A stretch of 30,772 bases of DNA from a virus (Duplodnaviria; Heunggongvirae; Uroviricota; Caudoviricetes): the IMG/VR virus record IMGVR_UViG_3300042349_000541, positions 1 through 30,772 of that record; one strand, given 5' to 3'. The position numbers were made by a program, and so were the translations under genes. Shown one piece after another: positions 26,001-30,772 of the stretch; position 1 is the stretch's first letter, and each line of letters begins with the position of its first letter. Below the pieces are notes generated by a model. That model ran no database searches and had not been told where the DNA came from. It saw only the letters and a program-made list of their open reading frames with translations.

Positions 26001-29000
26001 TGCAAATCTTGCGCCGCGAGCAATCTTGCCTTTTATTCCTTTAGATTGAACTTTTGTTGCTTTTCCGTCAGGGCCTTCAATTTCTACAGCCTTACCATCG
26101 TCTCCAAGTATATTACCTTGGGCATCTATTTTTGGTACGGACGACTTCATTATAGAGTTAAGCTGTTGGAAGGTAAAATAAAACGCAGTCATAGCAGCTA
26201 TAGAATCTTGTATGGATTTTACTTGCTGATCACTTGCTCCCGTGATTGATTTTAAGGCTCCTGTGAATAGCTCGCTATTCGTTACTAGCATACCTATAAC
26301 TAAAGGTAGCGGCCCCATAGCACTACCAAATCCAGAAGCTTTATCAGCAGCTTCATCTAAGCCGTTAGCTAAGTTTTTAGCTGAATTATTTGGATCGTTA
26401 GGCCCGCCAGAAGCTCCGCTTACTCCACCACCAGCACCATTACCACTGCCGCCCCTACCAAAACCGAGTCCGGTGTATTTTAAATATTTTGTAGCAGGAA
26501 ACTTAGACGCGACTTTGCCAAAAAAACTTTTATTTTTATATTCTATTTCGGCTTGAGCTTTTTCTTTCATAGCTGCTGCTTGTTTAGGATCTATACTAGA
26601 TTGAGCGTAAGATCCGGAGTCTCTTACATTTCCAGCCTCAAATTTTGCAGATCTTCTTAACGCTCTTACATCTTCTTTTATTGTTTTTTTACCTTCTTCG
26701 CTTGCAAACCATTTGCTTACATCTTCCTGAGACTTTCCTGACGCAAATAATTCTTTAGCTTTTGCATCTCTAGCAACTTTTCTAAGATCGGTTTTCGGAG
26801 TTTTATCTTTATCAATATTTCCTTCGCCTTCCATCCATGAAGGATCAAAGTTTTGCTGAGGTTTTACGCCGTACTGGTTTAAAAGATCAGAAATAATTTT
26901 TCCCGAAGCTTGTCTATTTTCAGATTCTGTTTTTGATTTTTGAAGCTCTTTAAGCATCTGCGGAGAGGTAACACTTACCGCCTGAGCGGTAGCTTTAGAC
27001 ATTGGCTGAACTTTTCCGGCTGTAGGAACTCTAGTCTCAGTTGGCATAGGAGTAGCAACACCGTTAGCCACTAATAAATCCATTAATGTATTATTTATTT
27101 TTGGACTTTTTGGAAGATTTCTTGTAGCCATTAAATCTTGAAAAGTCTCAGGAGAAACCATGCCTTGAACTGCTTGAGTTTTTGGTTTAAGTTTGGGTTG
27201 CGTCTTGCCCATACTTGCTGTTTCTGCTTCTATAACGTTTAGTAAATCACTTGAAATGTTCTTTCCGGAAGATTTTAATTTATTTGGATCTACAGTTGGA
27301 ATAGTAGTTCTTGGTTTCAAGTTTTTATCAAGCTCGGAAGTTTCTTGTAATGCTTTTAAACTTTCTATAGATAAAACGCTTGACGCTTGAGATGTTGCCT
27401 TATTAAGTTTTTGGCGACTCTTCTTGAGACCTACAGGAGAAATCATTGGAACATTGCCCTGAGAAGCATCTAAAGCCTCTGTATAACTAGCCATTTCTGA
27501 TGTAATTACATTGGATGGCTGAATAACTTTTTGAACACCATCAGCCGGAAGTCTTTTTTTCTTACCGTCATCTTCCGGAGGCATTGTTGCGGTAACTGTC
27601 GGAACGGGAGGAACGGGAGGAATGCCACCAGTTCCGCTTGTATCCGGAGAAGAAGCACCCGCAGTCTTTTTACGTCCGCCGGTTTTCTTTTTTGACGAAG
27701 AAGTTGCACCAGCAGATGCAGTTTCTGTTTTTGCGGACGCTCTAGTGTCGGGAACTTCTACGGTACTAGCAGCTTCTTCTCTAGCTTTTGCTTCTGCTTG
27801 AGCTTTTGCTTCTTGTTCTCTTCTGGCTAAAACATTATTTTTAGCCCTATCCATTACATTTTCAAAACGAGGATCTTTACTGCTAGTCGCACCCTCAGTA
27901 AGTTTAACAGCCTCTGCCATAATTTCTTTCCTAAGTTTTTCTTCTTCGGGAGGATATGGTTTTTTGTTAGACTTCTCAGGAGATATTTGTCCGGCAGCTT
28001 CTTGTTCAGCTTTATATCTTTCTACTTCTTTTTTATCTAAATCGTTTATAGCTTGAGTCTCTTTAGCAAGTAAGCCACTATCTTTCAGATTTATTTTTCT
28101 CATTGGGGCTTGACTGGCCGCACCATCTTGAAGCTCTGGCGTATTTTGAATAGCTTTAGCTATTTCTTCTTCAGAAAAACCAGCCTCTTTTGCTTGTCTA
28201 GTTATAACATTTTTTGCAATAACTTTATTTGTTTCTGGCGTTATTTTTTTAGAAGAAATAATATCTTGCAGCCCTTTAGGTATTCCGGAAAATACTTGAG
28301 TCTCTTTAGATGCTTTAGCGTTGGCAGGAGCAGTTTTTGCTGTTTCAGCAGTATTTTTAGCTACCTCATTTATTGCTTCAACTGTTGCCTTTCCGTTATC
28401 TATTACCGCCTGAGTTGTTTGAGTTGATGCAGTAGTTTGAGCTACATCTCCTACATTAATGCCTGCCAATTTTTTGTCTGCTTCACTTATACTTTTTCTA
28501 TCTGTTATTGCAGCGAGAACAGCATTGCTAAATCCTTGCTCCGCTTCTATTTTAGGATCTATAAAACTTTTGACACCACCGCTCATTAATGGGTTTTCAA
28601 ACTGTTTTGCAGAAGATGCTTGTCCAAATTGCGATAAAGCCTTGGCACTAGGCATTTTACCGACCGCTTCTTTAAATAAAAGCCCTACCTTTGTCCAGTC
28701 ACCTACAGCATCTGCTATTTTTAATAATAATTCTTTTTCTGCTTTTATTACTTCGGAATTTCCTCCGCCACCCTGAATTGTTCCTACAAATTCTGAGACT
28801 GGTTTAGGATTTCGTTTTCTCCAAAATTCGTTTTTATATTGCGTCCCATCTGCCAACATAGAGATAGAGCCTCTATTCATAGCATTAAATACGTCATATC
28901 CAACATTTTGAGCAGCCCGTTTATTAACAACAACTTCTCCCGGTTCAAGTAATGCGGGTATCTTATCTCCGCTACCGCTTCCGGGAACTATACCTCCGGT

Positions 29001-30770
29001 ATTAAACCTTAGTGCAGTATCATAAAATGTTGTTTCGGGAATTCCGATAACATCTTTTTGTTTGTTTTTATAACCACTCTTAGGATTAGCAAATCTAGCA
29101 AGTGCAATAAGAGCCTTACCGATCATTGTGTAAGGACTCATTCTTGTGCTAGTAGCTTTGATTTCCGCAAACTTTCCATCGGTACTAATCATATCCATAC
29201 CGAAAGCATTCGGAAGTTTTTGATAACTAGGATTAGCTTTTTGGAATATCTTTTCAGCTATAGCACCCTGAACAGACGTAAATAATTTAAATATGTCTCC
29301 GGAGCTAGAGAATGTTTTATTGCTAACGTTATCGACGTACCCGCCAAGATCTATAGAAGATAAAAAGTTGTTAGCGGCCTTTGGTCCACTCTTGCTAAAT
29401 TCTGCTGCGGCTTGTTTAGTGATTCCGCCTGCTTGCATTTTTAAGTCGTCGTAACGTACTCTAGATCCATCGGCATATCTTAGCGGAGTTCTATTTATTG
29501 CCGGTGCTATAAAAGCGTCAGCGGGATTATCTATATCGTACAGGGACTCTAAGCTTTTAAGTTTAGTTTTTTGGAGTATTTGTGCTACTGTTCCGGTATA
29601 GCCTTTTTGGGGCGATGTTCTATTACTAAAAGATGCCTTGCGTTGTGTAGCTATATCAACAGTCTTTAAAAGACCCTGATTCATCATGTTTAAAGTGTTA
29701 ACACCGATAGTTTCTACGGCCTTCTTGCGTAAAACATATTCTCCGGGCTGTAATATAGCTTTTAGTGAATCTCTATCGGACTTTTGATCGCCTTTTCTAG
29801 ATGTTACGTGTCCACCAGATTGAAATGCTCTAGTACCAGAAAATCCTTCGGATGGAACTGGATTGCTTATAGGAACTTTTGTTGATAATGGCTTGGACAT
29901 ACCAGCCCAAGACTGAAATGCATATTGAGCCGCACGGCCACCAAGTAATGCAAAAAATGTTTTAAATAAAGGCAGGTTATCTTTTAGCGTATTTCCGACA
30001 TTTAATAAAGCATCGGCGATTTCCATAAAAATCCCGGTAAACTCTTTAAATGTGGAAGTTTTTGTTATTTCAAGAACTAGATTATTAAATCTTTGTGCTA
30101 ATTTATCTATTTGGAATCCCAAACTTTGTTGTTGTTTAGCAACGTCTCTATTGATGTCACCACCGGCAGTTAAGGCATCATTTAAAGCTTCTTGAGAGAG
30201 TTTAGCTTCCTGAATTAATGTTATGAATCTACCGATTTGATAAACACCACCAAGCTCTTTTACTATATTTGCGAATCTAATACTTTTGGGATCTAAACCT
30301 TTTAATCCTTCGGATAGTCTTTGTACGGCACTAAAAACGCCGACGAAGTTTCCTTTTGTGTCTTCGAGTTGAATTCCCAGTTTTTGCAGTGCCTTAACAT
30401 TATCAGTGTCTTGCAGTCTTACAGCAATAGTTTTTAAACCGTTAGCAATAACATCTGCGGATTCACGAGTTGTAGCACGAACAGAAGTTAGAATTGCGAT
30501 GAATTCCTCAAGCGAACCACCCGCAGTAGCAAAAACACCCCCGGCTTTTTTAACCGCATCAATTATGTCGCCCGACTCAACTGCATATTTCTTGGAAACA
30601 CGGCTAATTGAGTCATAAGCTTTTTCAAGAAATTCTATTTCTTTTCCACTTTTAGCAGCTTCTTTACCGAACTGCTGCATAATAGCAATCATACCTTCAA
30701 CGTTTTCACTAATTCCGCCGAATGTGCCCGTAAGATCGGCTTTAGCTAAAAGTTTAATAGCACCTTGGGT
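23079..30770 (-). CDS. Tail tape measure protein (5' truncated by window; >2560 aa), multidomain
   Basis: Frame is open to the window edge (TQGAIKLLAKADLTGTFGG...). TP901-type TMP core 'YAVESGDIIDAVKKAGG..A.AGGSLEE...TRESADVIANGLKTI..RL...LQKLGI'; two FxxGG..D..PGE repeats; glycine-zipper segment; Ala/Gln-rich helical C-terminal half. Confidence 0.9.
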   Translation of the reverse strand, partial: TQGAIKLLAKADLTGTFGGISENVEGMIAIMQQFGKEAAKSGKEIEFLEKAYDSISRVSKKYAVESGDIIDAVKKAGGVFATAGGSLEEFIAILTSVRATTRESADVIANGLKTIAVRLQDTDNVKALQKLGIQLEDTKGNFVGVFSAVQRLSEGLKGLDPKSIRFANIVKELGGVYQIGRFITLIQEAKLSQEALNDALTAGGDINRDVAKQQQSLGFQIDKLAQRFNNLVLEITKTSTFKEFTGIFMEIADALLNVGNTLKDNLPLFKTFFALLGGRAAQYAFQSWAGMSKPLSTKVPISNPVPSEGFSGTRAFQSGGHVTSRKGDQKSDRDSLKAILQPGEYVLRKKAVETIGVNTLNMMNQGLLKTVDIATQRKASFSNRTSPQKGYTGTVAQILQKTKLKSLESLYDIDNPADAFIAPAINRTPLRYADGSRVRYDDLKMQAGGITKQAAAEFSKSGPKAANNFLSSIDLGGYVDNVSNKTFSSSGDIFKLFTSVQGAIAEKIFQKANPSYQKLPNAFGMDMISTDGKFAEIKATSTRMSPYTMIGKALIALARFANPKSGYKNKQKDVIGIPETTFYDTALRFNTGGIVPGSGSGDKIPALLEPGEVVVNKRAAQNVGYDVFNAMNRGSISMLADGTQYKNEFWRKRNPKPVSEFVGTIQGGGGNSEVIKAEKELLLKIADAVGDWTKVGLLFKEAVGKMPSAKALSQFGQASSAKQFENPLMSGGVKSFIDPKIEAEQGFSNAVLAAITDRKSISEADKKLAGINVGDVAQTTASTQTTQAVIDNGKATVEAINEVAKNTAETAKTAPANAKASKETQVFSGIPKGLQDIISSKKITPETNKVIAKNVITRQAKEAGFSEEEIAKAIQNTPELQDGAASQAPMRKINLKDSGLLAKETQAINDLDKKEVERYKAEQEAAGQISPEKSNKKPYPPEEEKLRKEIMAEAVKLTEGATSSKDPRFENVMDRAKNNVLARREQEAKAQAEAKAREEAASTVEVPDTRASAKTETASAGATSSSKKKTGGRKKTAGASSPDTSGTGGIPPVPPVPTVTATMPPEDDGKKKRLPADGVQKVIQPSNVITSEMASYTEALDASQGNVPMISPVGLKKSRQKLNKATSQASSVLSIESLKALQETSELDKNLKPRTTIPTVDPNKLKSSGKNISSDLLNVIEAETASMGKTQPKLKPKTQAVQGMVSPETFQDLMATRNLPKSPKINNTLMDLLVANGVATPMPTETRVPTAGKVQPMSKATAQAVSVTSPQMLKELQKSKTESENRQASGKIISDLLNQYGVKPQQNFDPSWMEGEGNIDKDKTPKTDLRKVARDAKAKELFASGKSQEDVSKWFASEEGKKTIKEDVRALRRSAKFEAGNVRDSGSYAQSSIDPKQAAAMKEKAQAEIEYKNKSFFGKVASKFPATKYLKYTGLGFGRGGSGNGAGGGVSGASGGPNDPNNSAKNLANGLDEAADKASGFGSAMGPLPLVIGMLVTNSELFTGALKSITGASDQQVKSIQDSIAAMTAFYFTFQQLNSIMKSSVPKIDAQGNILGDDGKAVEIEGPDGKATKVQSKGIKGKIARGARFAASKGLTFGNLALAGAAAAGTSNFLASQKTQEAQKKQGLISKDLEKVSVGGNISLEELQKRSREAYGLQDKANRGRSMGFFSGLPTGIGGAYAGATAGAALGSVVPVLGTAVGGAIGGAAGAILGGAVGAGVGSAASDYMYKQPTLDEKSIDASVKAQYVAAKSSYNFGKTIDKLRSGTLKTEDANKLASQGAIDAAKSLDQTRAAAMTASVALKDAEDQTSTFAGWLWTSTKDIDAFRERVSKSEEALAQSREVAKQARSTQADQFNANLAERLSKASTSSEIDNLIKSISGEGQDRTFINMLDALEVATAAASDEPDRAKAQIAASEDRAARQAAAQRSVDARQFEIDKIETAIAVRTAEITLMQQFNNAMKSVTSQTLSMQDAQSKVSVLRGESGGGFNTDRLRDISQVGDIGAFKNTANSLASLVPGGAALAQKATTAGSASDQFKNLTTTSGLFTGLNELRKVIKPGVDASKTRTDISNEISKNIPEFSSLDTVIQDQVINKLYENLSEGNLELSQIADIGKVISDSGQKFADVLIAAGENANNFVEQLRGVNAALIEEQNKLIQLRSGSIDIRSRGMERMASVSTLMPSQKAQLEANREAFRQAKDAQMLGDVGLRSGSAGQLGQSLTGINAQIQANKQQLSDPNLDVKKRANLNLANQGLESQANALTTVLGRLTDQSDRASDKMEQISRIQVQKELVKNRVESFAFGTTEQKFAMAEQAAGLQQVMRTGNFNVLPDDLKGQVSDFMKQLAEANPEGAVGQMFRKIQVDAIKQQQAMGLIGDKQAQAAIDIVEGKDVAAEKKLKQELADINKQELIAQQALIDAQREVTKSYLEMVNVIKQGFVNPAAGGQQQPQAVPNAPVMAPNAVPIFQPQNAVAVPGNAVAQAAPSFEPVITSMRSFTDTLQKISDSFSNMTMTHTLNIDGQINIAGVNTDSIATQLRDSLGEYIGQIVTEEFSKRNSSFRTA
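28875..29825 (-). repeat. Duplicated ~45-aa motif FxxGGxV...D-x3-A-x-L-x-PGE-x-V...MN in the TMP (29679-29825 and 28875-29006)
   Basis: FQSGGHV..DSLKAILQPGEYVLRKKAVETIGVNTLNMMN versus FNTGGIV..DKIPALLEPGEVVVNKRAAQNVGYDVFNAMN. Confidence 0.85.
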
Positions 30771-30772
30771 TT

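Noticed and set aside
1080-30618. Many short opposite-strand or nested ORFs in the track (e.g. 1080-1334, 2192-2524, 7784-7996, 10853-11365, 26242-26556, 28110-28776)
   Set aside because: They lie essentially inside long coupled genes, have no motifs or RBS, and look like antisense or frame shadows.
1-30772. Stop-codon reassignment (alternative genetic code)
   Set aside because: Very long ORFs are intact in code 11, and TAG, TGA and TAA all end genes at coupled junctions.
1-30772. tRNA, rRNA, ncRNA or CRISPR arrays
   Set aside because: Only two intergenic gaps of ~50-60 nt exist, both explained by promoter or terminator signals.

Overview
This is an AT-rich, almost fully coding fragment of a large tailed dsDNA phage (Caudoviricetes-like, possibly jumbo). 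It uses the standard code: TAA, TAG and TGA all act as stops, and most genes are translationally coupled. Two convergent blocks meet at ~5940. The + strand (1-5946) is an operon of glycan/nucleotide-sugar genes: two GT-B/GT4-type glycosyltransferases, one intact GT2, an NTP-transferase, and several motif-eroded homologues. It ends with an HTH/NUMOD3/Vsr-type endonuclease and a Rad52-like annealing protein. The - strand (30772 to 5936) is a tail module: a >2560-aa tape measure protein (5' end outside the window), a 2086-aa propeller/fibre protein, a 417-aa protein sharing its repeat, Dit-like and hub-like proteins, three Cys-rich proteins, an apparently separately expressed 302-aa structural protein with a terminator, and a membrane-anchored HExxH zinc peptidase. 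The most interesting signals are (1) a PD-(D/E)xK nuclease-like module inside the tape measure, bracketed by F/Y-x-x-G(G) motifs, (2) a glycosylation operon alternating intact and pseudo-enzymes beside Ser-Gly-rich virion proteins, and (3) a shared short beta-repeat linking two tail proteins. All family calls are by eye from motifs; no database searches were run.
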